Source: Candidatus Poribacteria bacterium
Lineage (GTDB): Bacteria > Poribacteria > WGA-4E > UBA9662
Assembly (NCBI GenBank): GCA_046582655.1
Contig: JAYGDX010000336.1
Location: 1-64,000, forward strand
DNA length: 64,000 nt
Reading direction: 5' to 3'
Below the pieces are notes generated by a model that worked only from the letters and a program-made list of their open reading frames with translations, had not been told where the DNA came from and did no database searches. The first letter of the stretch is position 1. Every line of letters begins with the position of its first letter. Below are positions 31,395-42,624 of the stretch, one piece after another. Both the position numbers and the translations under genes were made by a program.

Positions 31395-32387
31395 CTACGG
31401 CCCAATCTTGACAGTCATTTTACCCATATTCTCGCCTTTGAAAAGGCCAATAAAGGCCTGCGGTGCGTTTTCCAAGCCTTCTATGATGGTTTCTTCCCAC
31501 TTGATCATCCCTTCGTTTATCCACTGACGCATGTCGCCATAAAAGTCGGACACGCGATCCGTATGGTCAGAGACGATGAAGCCCTGTAATTTGAGGCGTT
31601 TGCCGATAGCAGAGATGAGGTTCTTAGGGCCAGGCTGTGGCGCAGTCTCGTTGTATTGCGAGATCATACCACACAAAATAATGCGTCCAAACACGTTCAT
31701 TAGCGAAATAGCGGCTTCTAAGTGCTCGCCACCGACATTCTCGAAGTAAATGTCGATTCCGTCTGGACAATGCTGCCTTAGTTCGTCTTCTAAGTTATTA
31801 GCCTGCTTATAGTTAAAGGCCACATCGACACGCGCCTTTTCTAGGAGCCAGTTCACCTTCTGATCCGAACCGGTGCTACCAACCACGTGGCAACCTTTGA
31901 TTTTGGAAATCTGGCAGGCAATTGAACCCACTGCTCCAGCGGCAGCGGAGACGAAAACCGTTTCTCCTTCTTTGGGTTGACCGATGTCTAGTAACCCGAC
32001 GTAGGCCGTCCGTCCAGGCATGCCAACTGTGCCTAGAAAGGATTGGATCGGGGCGATAGTAGGGTCAATCTTGGTCATCCCCTTCGCGGGAGAGACATAG
32101 AATTCTCGCCAGCCCAGCATGCCCAACACATAATCTCCAACTTGAAACCGATCACTATTCGATTTCACAATCTGCCCCACACAGCCGCCTTCCAGTGTCT
32201 TACTAAGCTTGGCATTCCGCATGCCACCGCGCATGTAGGGATCGACCGACATGTAAATGTTTCGAACAAGGACTTCTCCCGTTTAGGGCTCTGGGATTGT
32301 AACTTCGACTAGCTCGAAGTCGCTTTCATCGGGCATGCCGATAGGATGACTCTTGAGACGAATTTCTCGGCTTACAATATTAGCCAT
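31395..32387 (-). pseudogene. NADP-dependent oxidoreductase (PGR/CurA-type MDR) with in-frame TAA at codon 35
   Basis: From ATG 32387 (RBS AGGAG): MANIVSREIRLKSHPIGMPDESDFELVEVTIPEP*TGEVLVRNIYMSVDPYMRG...; stop at 32283-32285; SAAAGAVG, YFENVGG, CGMISQYN, GENMGK. Confidence 0.88.
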
Positions 32388-32456
32388 CTTCTTCTCCTTT
32401 TGAGTGGATTTCTGAATCGCAAAAGTAATAAAGGATGGTTCAGAGAACCCGAGATT

Positions 32457-33305
32457 CTATCGAAGGATCCTCTGATCACTGAGATCTTTTCCGCCAACGG
32501 ACTTCACAATGCTTGCGACACGGTACTCCTTGATTTCCAGCTCATGAAAGGCGTTGACGATATGGTACTGCGTCGGTAGGTCTTCCCATCTGGCTTTATG
32601 AAACTCTACCGTCCCCTCACCCCGCCACATCTCTTTGACCACGGAATTCGAGCCCTCAGCCGGCGTCAGTACGGCGTAGCCGACATCGGCGTGGTCCCAT
32701 TCCTCGGTTCTAGGCATATACTTATAGTGCAAGGTTCCCTTCAGCACACCATCATCCGGTTGTTCGGCTGCTGGTGCTGGGGATGGGTTTAGTGACACAG
32801 GCGTCATGTTCGTCAGTTTCATGTCCATGAACTTGAAGCCGAGCCAACTGGCAATGCAGTGGGTTTCCCTATTAAGAACGGTCGGCTCTGGAAGTTCGCA
32901 GTAGATTTTGGAGAAACCCAACTGTTCACGACCGGTCAGAATCGGGTCGCACAGATTTTCCCAAAGCACCGTCAGCAACCCACCTTTCGCACGGTCTCGC
33001 TCTCCATTGAAGATGGCGGAAAAGCTGACGCCGAGGATATTATATCCGCGACCGGCCAACCACTCGATCTCCTTCATATAGGATGCTGAGACACTAACAA
33101 CCGGTTCATCACCAACCTCGAATCCCTCGGGCAACAGTTCTTCAAGTTGCTCGCGATTCGTCAAGAAACTGACCGATATGCTCGTTGTCTTGGGGTTGTC
33201 CTTGCACTCGAATGTGCGTCCTTCCGGCCCCTGTCTTGGTCCCATGCTTGGGCCAAAATGTGTGGGCATCATGTACATCTTGCCAGGTTGAAATTTGTAA
33301 GGCAT
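32457..33305 (-). CDS. Acetoacetate decarboxylase family protein
   Basis: WLAGRGYN, LWEN..DPILTGREQLGFSK (GRE..GxxK), WEDLPTQ motifs. Confidence 0.85.
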   Translation of the reverse strand: MPYKFQPGKMYMMPTHFGPSMGPRQGPEGRTFECKDNPKTTSISVSFLTNREQLEELLPEGFEVGDEPVVSVSASYMKEIEWLAGRGYNILGVSFSAIFNGERDRAKGGLLTVLWENLCDPILTGREQLGFSKIYCELPEPTVLNRETHCIASWLGFKFMDMKLTNMTPVSLNPSPAPAAEQPDDGVLKGTLHYKYMPRTEEWDHADVGYAVLTPAEGSNSVVKEMWRGEGTVEFHKARWEDLPTQYHIVNAFHELEIKEYRVASIVKSVGGKDLSDQRILR

Positions 33306-33729
33306 GATATTCCTCCTGTTGGTTTTTGGATCATAATACCAATACTAAATGAATGTCACTGACTGAAATACAACACGCATGTCTTTTGGTGCGTTATTTG
33401 TGATGAAATTTTCCAAGCTGTTTCAACCACGGATAGAGGTTAGTACGCTTCTTGACAGCTCTCGATTCAGTTCGATTGGGACGGCGTGGCAATTTTTCGG
33501 TTGCAACCAAAACCAAGAGCCAAAGTATAAAGATATTGTTTCCGTTTATATTGGTCAGAAACCATCGCACCCATAAAAATCGAAATATGTTGTATTATGG
33601 CTGAAAATTTACTTTTAGTCGGTAGTAGATTGTGTCCGTATCAGGTGGATTGTGTTGCCTGAAGGCTTGCGACTTCGACTACAATCCTAGTCGAATTTAA
33701 CTTTCGAATTTGTGTTATGGATTGATAGC

Positions 33730-34554
33730 TTACATTTTTTCACGCAGGAAATCGATGCATTCAGGCACCTGTGTTTCGCTGAGACCGTGAAGAATAAGCG
33801 GGACATCAAATTCGAGGTTATCGAGCAATGATAGATAGTGGCGATAATCCAACAGACCTTTTCCCGCAGCAAGATGTCCGGCCTCACCATCATGGTCAAG
33901 GTCTTTGGCGTGTGCGATAATAATGTCCTCATCCAGCAACACGAAGGCTTCATCAAGGATTTCTCTCATGCGCGGAAGTTCGCCGGCATGAAAGATATTG
34001 GCGCCATCTATAACGACCTTCAGATAAGGTGAACCCATCTCATCGAGCAAGCGACGGGCTTTTTGGGCAGAATCCACCACATTGGCAACTTCAGGCTCGA
34101 AGGCAAGAGTGATTTTGTATTCCTTAGCGATTTGTAAGGCTTGATGCATGGTTTCGACCAAATCGTTCCAAGCTTCAGGCGAATCATTATCAGGATGGCG
34201 TCGCCACATACTTTTGGAATCTCGTGTGCCGGTACATAACGTGATAACCGACGTGCCAACTTTCTCACAAGCCGATGCCAACACACGTAATCTTCGTAAT
34301 CCATCGGTACGTTGCTGTGAATCAGGATGAATCATGTTGAAGGTACCAGAAATCGCGGCCATGTTGACATTGCGTGTGTCAAATTCTTTACGGATCTGAT
34401 CACATAGTTCGGCATCGATCTGCTCTGGCAGTTCAGGGAGACCTACCCTGCCAAGACCAAATTGCATGCAGTAAATGCCATAGTTTACAATAGCATCAAG
34501 TGTTTCTGAAAGCGTTGGACGAACAATGGTTCCGTCCATAATTCCAATTTGCAT
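33730..34554 (-). CDS. Sugar phosphate isomerase/epimerase (TIM barrel)
   Basis: SGTFNMIHPD, LCTGTRD, LAFEPE, DGAN, AHAKD, AAGKG, LILHGL. Confidence 0.88.
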   Translation of the reverse strand: MQIGIMDGTIVRPTLSETLDAIVNYGIYCMQFGLGRVGLPELPEQIDAELCDQIRKEFDTRNVNMAAISGTFNMIHPDSQQRTDGLRRLRVLASACEKVGTSVITLCTGTRDSKSMWRRHPDNDSPEAWNDLVETMHQALQIAKEYKITLAFEPEVANVVDSAQKARRLLDEMGSPYLKVVIDGANIFHAGELPRMREILDEAFVLLDEDIIIAHAKDLDHDGEAGHLAAGKGLLDYRHYLSLLDNLEFDVPLILHGLSETQVPECIDFLREKM

Positions 34555-34897
34555 TGACTTAACCTTTTCGGATTTTGAGATAGTTCATTTCCTGCAGTGT
34601 GGCACCATGACTATGTCTATTCTACTGTGTAGTATATCCAACATCGACTATATAAGTAGCTCACTTGCCATTTCCCGTTCCCGTGGAATCCAGACATTCA
34701 TCGAGCCGTTGTCTCCGTTGCACCACGAAAAGCAAGGAACAAAGGCCATATGTGATTTCTGCCAATATTCTCTCGAGGATTTTCCCAGCCGGAATCAACA
34801 ACTTTGGCCGAGCAAATGCTTTTGATCTCAGGATTCAAGAGACAATTACAAATGACTTGTGAATCCTGCTTTTTCGTCCTTTGCCGTAACAGCATTA

Positions 34898-35848
34898 CTA
34901 TTCTTTCGACCAGTATAACTCTTTCAGGCGACGTATGTACTCTCGATCCCTTTTCTCGATCGCCTCGTCAAATTTTTCCGAGTCGACGAACCACGGTTTC
35001 CCTTCAGCCAGACGTGCTCTAATTTTTTCAGTAGCCTCGTCGAAGGGTTCGGAGGCTTGTCTGGTTCGCCGCGGCGCCCGAATATCCGCCGACCATTTCC
35101 AGATACCTGCCAAATCATAGTGCCCAAACGGACCCTCATGTGGCATACGAAAACCAAAGGCAGCTTTGATCCCAAGCTCTATTTCTTCAGCGGTCGCCAC
35201 GCCCTCTGCCCACAATCGATGTGCTTCCCGACTCATTGCGCCTTGGATCCGGTTCAGCAGGTAGCCCGGTAACTCTTTGAGCACACGGATGGGGACTTTC
35301 TTTACCCTTTTCATCAAGTTGTAGATGATGTTATATGTTTCATCTGATGTCCCGGGACCTTTTGCTACCTCAACCCCGGGCACGATGTGTGGCGGCGCAA
35401 AATAGTGCGTCAACCCGATTTTGTCCTGCCGCTTGACATCTGCACCTATATCACTGAGAACCAGTCCCGATGTATTGCTGACGATGATGGTATGCAGTGG
35501 GCACAGTTTATCAAGTGCATTGAAGAGTTCTTGCTTGTCTTGCAACCGCTCGACAATGGCCTCGGTGATGAAATCGCTATTCGCCGCTACTTCTTCCAAA
35601 TCAGTGGTCGTGGTTATTCGACTCATGGTGTCATCGGCTTGCTTTTGGGTTATCAATTCCTCCTCGACAAGGAGAGCCATGGCAGATTTAACTTGCTTCA
35701 TTGACTGTTCTAGGATTTCATCACTCAAGTCACGGATAACGGTGGAGTATCCCCATAGCGCAAAGTTTATGGCGATACCGAAGCCCATTGTCCCACCGCC
35801 AACAACTCCTACTCTTTTGATATCTGCTAGATTCATATTATTCTTCAT
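34898..35848 (-). CDS. 3-hydroxyacyl-CoA dehydrogenase family protein
   Basis: GVVGGGTMG, EAIVE...K, SNTS, THYFAPP, PGYLLNRIQ, GPF..YDLAG; start set at ATG 35848 after AAAGGA. Confidence 0.9.
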   Translation of the reverse strand: MKNNMNLADIKRVGVVGGGTMGFGIAINFALWGYSTVIRDLSDEILEQSMKQVKSAMALLVEEELITQKQADDTMSRITTTTDLEEVAANSDFITEAIVERLQDKQELFNALDKLCPLHTIIVSNTSGLVLSDIGADVKRQDKIGLTHYFAPPHIVPGVEVAKGPGTSDETYNIIYNLMKRVKKVPIRVLKELPGYLLNRIQGAMSREAHRLWAEGVATAEEIELGIKAAFGFRMPHEGPFGHYDLAGIWKWSADIRAPRRTRQASEPFDEATEKIRARLAEGKPWFVDSEKFDEAIEKRDREYIRRLKELYWSKE

Positions 35849-36149
35849 GTGTCCTTTCTTTTGGTGTCTCCTTGTTTTCGGCCTATAGGGTAGGGCTATC
35901 AACGATCGTCATGCATTGAATTTGCTCGTTTTTATATCTGGCTCGCATTTTATGTCAACTCCCAAATACCCTGCTTTCAAGGTATAGCATTGAAAGTACG
36001 GGATACATCAATGGGACCTCGCGAAGTTCCTCTAGCTCGCGGTCTCATCAGCCAACCCATAATCCTCGCAGGCGATTCTCAAAATCGTGTTCCAAACAGT
36101 AAGGAATACATTGAGCGATGCATGGTGAATGAGTAGGGAAACTAAATAC

Positions 36150-37823
36150 TCATGCTGGAGTCCACGCTCGGGGTGCAATACCTTCAAGGTGTGTTTTGAC
36201 ATCGACAACCGCTGGTTTTCCCACAGCAAACGCCTGATCAAGTGCACCCGAAAGTTCACTAGGTTTGTGGACCGTAATGCCGAAACATCCCATCGATTCG
36301 GCCATTTTGGCGAAATCAGCATCGGGGAAAAGCCAGAGTTCATCGGAGCCGGGAGTCTGTCCACCGTAGACAGACTCGACACCGCCCTTTTCCTGGTTCA
36401 GGGAGTGATTGTTGTTAACTAGGATGACCACGTTGATGCCACATTTCATAGCGGTATCCAACTCCGACAGATGGTACCAGATACCACCATCGCCGGTGAA
36501 GCAGAGCACGGGACGACCGGGTTGGGCACATTTGGCACCAATGGCCGCGGGTAGCCCCCAACCCAACGAACCCGAGCAACGAATGAACATCTGGTCGGAA
36601 TGTTTCAGGTCGATTATGGTGCCGGTCCAGATGCCCGAATGCCCTGTGTCGGAGACGAGAATCACGTCGGAAGGGAGGTAGTCGGTCAGTTCCCTGCAGA
36701 GACGTTCTGGTCGCATCGGAACCATGTCCGAGTTGACTACATCACTAACGCTCTCTTTCCAGTTTTTAACTAATTCCTGTAGCTGGTTAATCCAATGTGT
36801 GCGTGGTTCAATGGTTTCTGCATGTTCAATCATTCTGCGCAGTGAGTTTCTGACGTCGCCCTGCATCCCTACTTTAATCGGGTAGTTGCGGCCCAGTTCA
36901 TCTGGGTTGATATCGAGTTGGATGATCGGTGTCCCCTGTGGTGGAATTTGGTATCCGTTGGTCACTTGGCCGCCAGTGTGACTGCCGATGAAGAAGACCA
37001 AATCTGCCTCGCAGACGGCTTGGTTTGTGCACGCTCGCGAGTATAAGCCGGGGACGCCCACCGCCAGTGGATGATCATAGGGAAACATGGCTTTGGCATT
37101 CAAGGAAGTAGCGACCGGGATGGAAAGTTTCTCGGCCAATTCCAGCAGTTCGGCTCTAGCCCCTGAAGCAGTCACGCCACCGCCAGCTACGATGACGGGT
37201 CGTTTAGCCTGAGTGAGCAATCGGAGTGTTTCCATCACTTTTTCTAGCTCCGCTTCCGGTCGGAAAGGCGGTACCTGGACAAATGACTCTTCGATGATGA
37301 CTTCCAGATCTGCCTCGTAATCCACGACCATTTGTCCCGCAAGACCTTCCAGATCCAGATGGACTGGTGCTGGTGTACCCGAGGTGGCCGAACGGAAGGC
37401 TTGTCGCAAATAGATGGGCAGTTGTTCCGGATTGGCTACAAAGGCGCTATATTTGGTGACCGCCGAGAAAGGGTTAACGTGGTCAACTTCCTGATAGGCA
37501 TGACGTTGCTGGTTAATCTGGTTTTCCCGTCCAGTCAAGGCAATTACCGGAGCGCAGGCTAGATAGGCATCCTGTAGTCCCGCTGCTAGGTTGACCGCCC
37601 CCACTGACTGTGCCATACAGAGGCTAGGGCTACGTTTTATACGAGCATAAGCATCGGCCATATATGCAGCTGCTTTTTCCCCATGGGTCTGAATACGCTT
37701 AATCCCCAACTTCTCCATTTCCATTAGGGCTCTAGGAGCGATATAGGGCATAAAAAAGACGTGAGTTATCCCGTACCCGTGGATGGTCTCAGCCATGAAT
37801 CGAGCTCCAGTCATCTTTGACAT
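36150..37823 (-). CDS. Thiamine pyrophosphate-dependent enzyme (acetolactate synthase-like superfamily)
   Basis: HGEKAAAYMADAYAR (catalytic Glu), AGGG, GSLGWGLPAAIGA, GDGG...NN ThDP motif. Confidence 0.92.
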   Translation of the reverse strand: MSKMTGARFMAETIHGYGITHVFFMPYIAPRALMEMEKLGIKRIQTHGEKAAAYMADAYARIKRSPSLCMAQSVGAVNLAAGLQDAYLACAPVIALTGRENQINQQRHAYQEVDHVNPFSAVTKYSAFVANPEQLPIYLRQAFRSATSGTPAPVHLDLEGLAGQMVVDYEADLEVIIEESFVQVPPFRPEAELEKVMETLRLLTQAKRPVIVAGGGVTASGARAELLELAEKLSIPVATSLNAKAMFPYDHPLAVGVPGLYSRACTNQAVCEADLVFFIGSHTGGQVTNGYQIPPQGTPIIQLDINPDELGRNYPIKVGMQGDVRNSLRRMIEHAETIEPRTHWINQLQELVKNWKESVSDVVNSDMVPMRPERLCRELTDYLPSDVILVSDTGHSGIWTGTIIDLKHSDQMFIRCSGSLGWGLPAAIGAKCAQPGRPVLCFTGDGGIWYHLSELDTAMKCGINVVILVNNNHSLNQEKGGVESVYGGQTPGSDELWLFPDADFAKMAESMGCFGITVHKPSELSGALDQAFAVGKPAVVDVKTHLEGIAPRAWTPA

Positions 37824-37852
37824 TATGTGTTCTCCTTTGATTATGATATTTC

Positions 37853-38935
37853 TTAGGTTAGATCTAATACGCTACGAGCCACCTCACCCTTGCCCAAGGC
37901 GGTGAATGCCTGATTGACTTCTTCTAGTGGATAGACTCGCGTCACCAACTCGTCCAGCTTAAGCTTGCCCGCTTTGTAAAGACCAAGCAGTCGTGGGAAA
38001 TCGACTCGCGGACGGCACGTCCCGTAGAAAGAACCAATCACCATCTTCTCTAAGAACAAAATACGGGCATCAAAATCGACTGGTGTGTTAACGGGCGCGT
38101 GACCGACATAGACGGTGATGCCTCGTTTGCGGGTGCAGAGAATTGACTGCTTAAATGGATCACTGACAAGGCCAATGGCCTCAAAGGCATAGTGTACCCC
38201 TTGGTCGTCGGTCAGTTCTTGGATGGCTTCGACTGGGTTAACCTGTGATGAATTGACGGTATGCGTTGCGCCAAATTGTTGACCCCACTCGAGCTTGTTG
38301 TCTAGGATATCGACGGCGATAATTGGTTCCGCACCAGCAATCATTGCGCCTTGTATCATGTTCAGCCCGACGCCGCCACAGCCGAAGACCGCTACCGATT
38401 TTCCCGGTTGTACGTTGGCTGTGTTCAGGGCGGCTCCCACACCCGTTATTACGCCACAACCGACTAGTGCAGCCTGTGGGAGAGGGATTTCTTTGTCGAT
38501 CGGAATAACCACATCTTGGGGTACGATGGTCTCGGTGCTGAAAGTTCCCAGCCCATTAAACTTGTCCATCTGGCGATCACTCTCTGGGAAATGGGGGTGT
38601 CCACGTTGATCCGCTGGTACGTCACAGAGATTTGGATAGCCAACTTGGCACATCTCACAGAGACCACAATTACGTTTCCATGACAATACCACGTGATCTC
38701 CCACCTTCACGTTGTTGACCGCTGATCCAACTTCTTCTACTATACCAGCTCCTTCATGGCCTAAAATGATTGGAACTGGGATGAAGGGCCACTCGCCCTT
38801 GATCACGTGCCAATCCGAATGACAGACACCACTGGCGACTAGCCGGACACGAACCTGATCATTTTCGATGTTGGGTAGCGCAAATTGCTCGATTTGTAGG
38901 GGAGTATTGATATCGTAAAGTACGGCAGCTTTCAT
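37853..38935 (-). CDS. Zinc-dependent alcohol dehydrogenase (class III-like MDR)
   Basis: GVCHSD, GHEGAG, structural Zn CGLCEMC...C, GCGVITGVGA, GCGGVG. Confidence 0.93.
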   Translation of the reverse strand: MKAAVLYDINTPLQIEQFALPNIENDQVRVRLVASGVCHSDWHVIKGEWPFIPVPIILGHEGAGIVEEVGSAVNNVKVGDHVVLSWKRNCGLCEMCQVGYPNLCDVPADQRGHPHFPESDRQMDKFNGLGTFSTETIVPQDVVIPIDKEIPLPQAALVGCGVITGVGAALNTANVQPGKSVAVFGCGGVGLNMIQGAMIAGAEPIIAVDILDNKLEWGQQFGATHTVNSSQVNPVEAIQELTDDQGVHYAFEAIGLVSDPFKQSILCTRKRGITVYVGHAPVNTPVDFDARILFLEKMVIGSFYGTCRPRVDFPRLLGLYKAGKLKLDELVTRVYPLEEVNQAFTALGKGEVARSVLDLT

Positions 38936-38991
38936 GAGATACTTTCCTTAAAAATAAGGCTGATTGCAAAGATAAAGTTTTTACCATCTGT

Positions 38992-39792
38992 TTAGCGCAG
39001 ATGATCCAATACTGCTAAGGGGGTAGCCGCCAACAAACCAGCATCAATGGGTAACACTATCCCAGAAATCCAGCGAGATTCTTCACTGGCCAGGAATACG
39101 GCGGCCCAAGCGACATCCCAAGCATCCCCTTCGGTGCCCAAAGGTCCAGCTTTACGGCGCAATTCTCGTTGCTCGTCAGAAATTTCTGCTACAAAAGGGG
39201 CATGGAGATGGCCTGGCGCGATACAATTGACCCGAACATTCTCCCGTCCATGATGAACGGCCATTGCCTTCGTCAAGGTAACTAATCCACCCTTGGCCAC
39301 CGCATAGGGGATGTTTGGTGTCATTCCGGCTCGCAAACCATCAATGGAAGAAACGTTGATGATCGCTCCTCCGCCGGAGTCTGACATCATAGGTACAGCA
39401 TATTTGCAGGCTAAAACTGCACTTTTCAGGTTTCCATCTAAAGCTCGATTCCAAACGGAGTCTTCGACCTCGGTCACCATGCCTGGTCCACCTGTACCCA
39501 CATTATTGAACAGAATATGCAGTGCTCCATAGCGTTCCAGGCAAGTCTCAACCATAGCACGGCAACTTGGCTCTTGGGTTACATCGGCTTGAAATACAGA
39601 AGCTTGTCCGCTCTCCGCTTCAATGGTCGCTTGGGTTTCTTTGGCTCGCTCAATGTCCAAATCTACAAGCAAAACTTTGGCTCCCTGCTGGGCAAAAAGA
39701 ATGGCGGTTGCCTGCCCCGTGCCTGTCATTGGCCCACGAGAACCAGCCCCCGTAACAATGGCCACTCTGTCTTGCAGCCTTTTGCTACTCAT
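38992..39792 (-). CDS. Short-chain dehydrogenase/reductase
   Basis: TGAGSRG..G.G, NNVG, NVSS, YAVAK (YxxxK), RVNCIAPG. Confidence 0.93.
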   Translation of the reverse strand: MSSKRLQDRVAIVTGAGSRGPMTGTGQATAILFAQQGAKVLLVDLDIERAKETQATIEAESGQASVFQADVTQEPSCRAMVETCLERYGALHILFNNVGTGGPGMVTEVEDSVWNRALDGNLKSAVLACKYAVPMMSDSGGGAIINVSSIDGLRAGMTPNIPYAVAKGGLVTLTKAMAVHHGRENVRVNCIAPGHLHAPFVAEISDEQRELRRKAGPLGTEGDAWDVAWAAVFLASEESRWISGIVLPIDAGLLAATPLAVLDHLR

Positions 39793-39879
39793 AGCGGATC
39801 CTTTTGTAAGTCATCAAATTTTGTTCTCTATTTTCAATAAGTTAATTAACTCTTTCAATGCCCAACCACCACATCCAAA

Positions 39880-40032
39880 GCATTCCAGATGAGTGCGCAA
39901 CGCGGTGATCTCGTCTTGGCTGAGCGCGTTCTCGGGAATACAGCAACCAAACTCATCCAGATTTTCTTTGGCCGGCGTGAGATCAGTGGTTTCCTAGAGA
40001 TAATCATTTTTCGGTTGGTTTAACTTTGTCAT
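39880..40032 (-). pseudogene. N-terminal remnant of a PhyH-type dioxygenase
   Basis: MTKLNQPKNDYL*ETTDLTPAKENLDEFGCCIPENALSQDEITALRTHL resembles the PhyH start 'LDExGYxxxxNALS..E...LR..L'; internal stop, rest missing. Confidence 0.45.
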
Positions 40033-40629
40033 GTGAGTTCGCCTCGCCTGATACAGTACAGGCTCTAGAAAAATAGTCTACTCTTTGAATTACGCACTTG
40101 TTAATTGTCTTATAAATCAGATGATCATATTTACATAGTGCTTAACCTAACTCTGTAGCTTCCTTGAGTATCTGATTTCTGGTCATTTAACAGCCGTCAA
40201 CGTACATCATCTCTTGCTTTTACCGTGTAATTAACTACATCTTAGATAAAGATGTCCTTTACCTAAGGTCTGTATTAGATAATTCTGCGATGCCGTACTT
40301 GATCAATAAAGGTAAGTCTTCGATAGGTTGAGCTAATTGGGCAAAGCATTCTATCATGATTAATGTGCCAGCGTAAAGCGGTGAGTTAGCTATAAGTGAC
40401 TGGTTTTGACAAATGGTTGGGTAGGACAGTGACGGAAGGGGCAAGTCGAGAGGCTTTCAACCTGCCTTTCGATTAGATTTATTAGCATTTAGCTGACGGA
40501 TATTGCCAAGTTTGTTGGATACGGTTCAACCCTTATTTAACGGCTAATGTTAGTTTCGTAGTAGATTTCAGTTTTAACCAAGATGCAGAAACTATTGCTG
40601 TGAGGTAACGTGTTTTTTTGAGGGCTAAT

Positions 40630-42624
40630 TTAAGTGTAAATTAAGTTGTCAAATCTTGGATCTTCTTTTAATTCTCTCATTCGAATATCCTCTCCAATGG
40701 TTTTATCGCGGTATACAAAACCATATTTTTCCTGAGAACTATTCAGCCAACTGAAACTGCTATCTTTTTTATCCATACCTGCATAGATTAAGGCAACTGA
40801 AAATTCCAACAACGGGTCATTCCCATAATTCTGTTTTATTTTTGCTATGAATTCATCTGCATCTTTCTTTTCTCCCATTCTGGCTAGAATATAGCCTCGA
40901 TGAGCAACTGTATTTATATTCGTATACGTTTGTGAGAGGGAATCTAGTTCTCTTAAAGCACTTGAGTAATCATGCAAAGCCGTTAGTGACAAGGAGATTA
41001 TGAATCTTGCTAAATAGTGAGACGGATCTAATTCAAGAAGACCGCGCATTTGTTTAATAGTTGACTGGTAGTTACCCTGATAAAAGTATATATATGCTAA
41101 CCCATTTTGAGCAGGTATAGACAGAGGATCTAGGGAGATGGTCATTTGCATTTTCTGGATAGCGGATTCAAACTCGTCCATACGTCCAAGGATGAAAGCA
41201 TGTTCCTGAATCGCTTCACTATTACCTGGATTTAAAATAACAGCGTGCCTTACAAGTTTTTCAGCTTGTTTTTGGTCGTGATCGATAAATTCCCAGGCTA
41301 AGGCTAAAGCAGTATAGGCTTCTGATGTGTTCGCATTTAGATGTAAAGATCTTTCAGCATTCTCAAAAATTATCTCTCTCAACTCATTGTTGATTGTGAT
41401 AAACCCAAACGCCCCCATAAGAATTTTATTCAAAGCAATTTCAGCGTAAGTTGGGGCATGTCTGGGGTCGAGTTCGATTGACTTTTGGAGATATACCTGA
41501 GCACGATTCATACTTTCTAAGTCTTTTCTTTGTCGAGATTGTCTTCCCATTAGATAAAGTTTGTATGCTTCTGGTTTTATTGTTTTATTCGCGTCTGTTT
41601 GTTCAAGCCTTAGCTTGTCTTGTGGAGTGAGATTTGATTCTATTCCATCAATAATTGCCATAGAAACATCCTTTAATATTGATAAAACATTTTGCAGATC
41701 TCGCTTATAGGTATTCGACCAGATTTGTTTGTCCATTTTAGCATCGAGCAGATTTACACTTATTTGAACTTCATCCATATAAATGATTATTGATCCTTCA
41801 ACTAAATAATTGACATTTAACTCATGAGCAATTTCCGGTACTTTTTTCTCTGTGTTTTTGTAATGCATCGCTGACGTCCGAGAAATCACTCGTAGACCAT
41901 TAATCTTACTGAGATTTGTAATAATTGCGTCTGTCATCCCATCAGCAAAAAATTCATCTTCATCTTTTCCCGAAATGTTAAGAAATGGGAGAATAGCTAT
42001 AGAATTTTGTGCTTCATCAATACTTACTTGAGAAAGGACTTCGGATTGAATTAAATTGTCTTCAATGTATTTTGATGCTGGTTTAGGTAGGTTATGAGAA
42101 GTAATTGCAAAAACCTTAATATCACGACTAACCCCTTTCAATTTAGGATTTCCGATGAAAATTGTTTCGTATTCAGGCGTTCTTTGTAAACTTGGCTGAA
42201 CACTTTCTGAGATTGCAATTCCTCCGATAGGTGAGTATTTCTCAATTCGGCTAGCAATGTTTACATCATCTCCGTAAACATCATTTTCTGTTTCGAGAAT
42301 TTCTCCAACATGAATAGAGATTCTGAGATTTAAACCTTCAACTCTCTTCGATATTTTTTGGATCTCAATACAGCAACTTACGGCACTTATTGCAGTTCCA
42401 AAAATTAAAAGAAGACCATCCCCCATTTCCTTTAACCAAACTCCCTGATATTTTTCAACGATTGGTTTCAATACGTTTCTTTGATATTCTACGAGTTCCA
42501 GTGCATCATCTTCATTCTTAGAGGTCAACTCAGTAAAACCAGCAATATCAGTAAAAACAATGGCTGCAAGTTTACGGTTGTCTTGATTACTTTTCTCTTG
42601 TCTCATTTCTTTGTTAAAAACCAA
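40630..42624 (-). CDS. Class III adenylate/guanylate cyclase with TolB-like domain and TPR repeats
   Basis: RKLAAIVFTDIAGFT, KEMGDG, DVYGDDVNIASRIE; SIAILPFLN...FFADGMT...LRVISRTS...VEGS; C-terminal TPRs ending DPRF. Confidence 0.9.
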   Translation of the reverse strand: MVFNKEMRQEKSNQDNRKLAAIVFTDIAGFTELTSKNEDDALELVEYQRNVLKPIVEKYQGVWLKEMGDGLLLIFGTAISAVSCCIEIQKISKRVEGLNLRISIHVGEILETENDVYGDDVNIASRIEKYSPIGGIAISESVQPSLQRTPEYETIFIGNPKLKGVSRDIKVFAITSHNLPKPASKYIEDNLIQSEVLSQVSIDEAQNSIAILPFLNISGKDEDEFFADGMTDAIITNLSKINGLRVISRTSAMHYKNTEKKVPEIAHELNVNYLVEGSIIIYMDEVQISVNLLDAKMDKQIWSNTYKRDLQNVLSILKDVSMAIIDGIESNLTPQDKLRLEQTDANKTIKPEAYKLYLMGRQSRQRKDLESMNRAQVYLQKSIELDPRHAPTYAEIALNKILMGAFGFITINNELREIIFENAERSLHLNANTSEAYTALALAWEFIDHDQKQAEKLVRHAVILNPGNSEAIQEHAFILGRMDEFESAIQKMQMTISLDPLSIPAQNGLAYIYFYQGNYQSTIKQMRGLLELDPSHYLARFIISLSLTALHDYSSALRELDSLSQTYTNINTVAHRGYILARMGEKKDADEFIAKIKQNYGNDPLLEFSVALIYAGMDKKDSSFSWLNSSQEKYGFVYRDKTIGEDIRMRELKEDPRFDNLIYT

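Noticed and set aside
2708..40000. TAG recoding or pyrrolysine readthrough, suggested by in-frame TAGs at 2708, 5700, about 39995 and possibly 21985
   Set aside because: TAG is the true stop of many intact genes (e.g. tyrS, with the next ATG 2 bp later). Internal TAA and TGA stops and frameshifts are equally common, and no pyl genes are visible.
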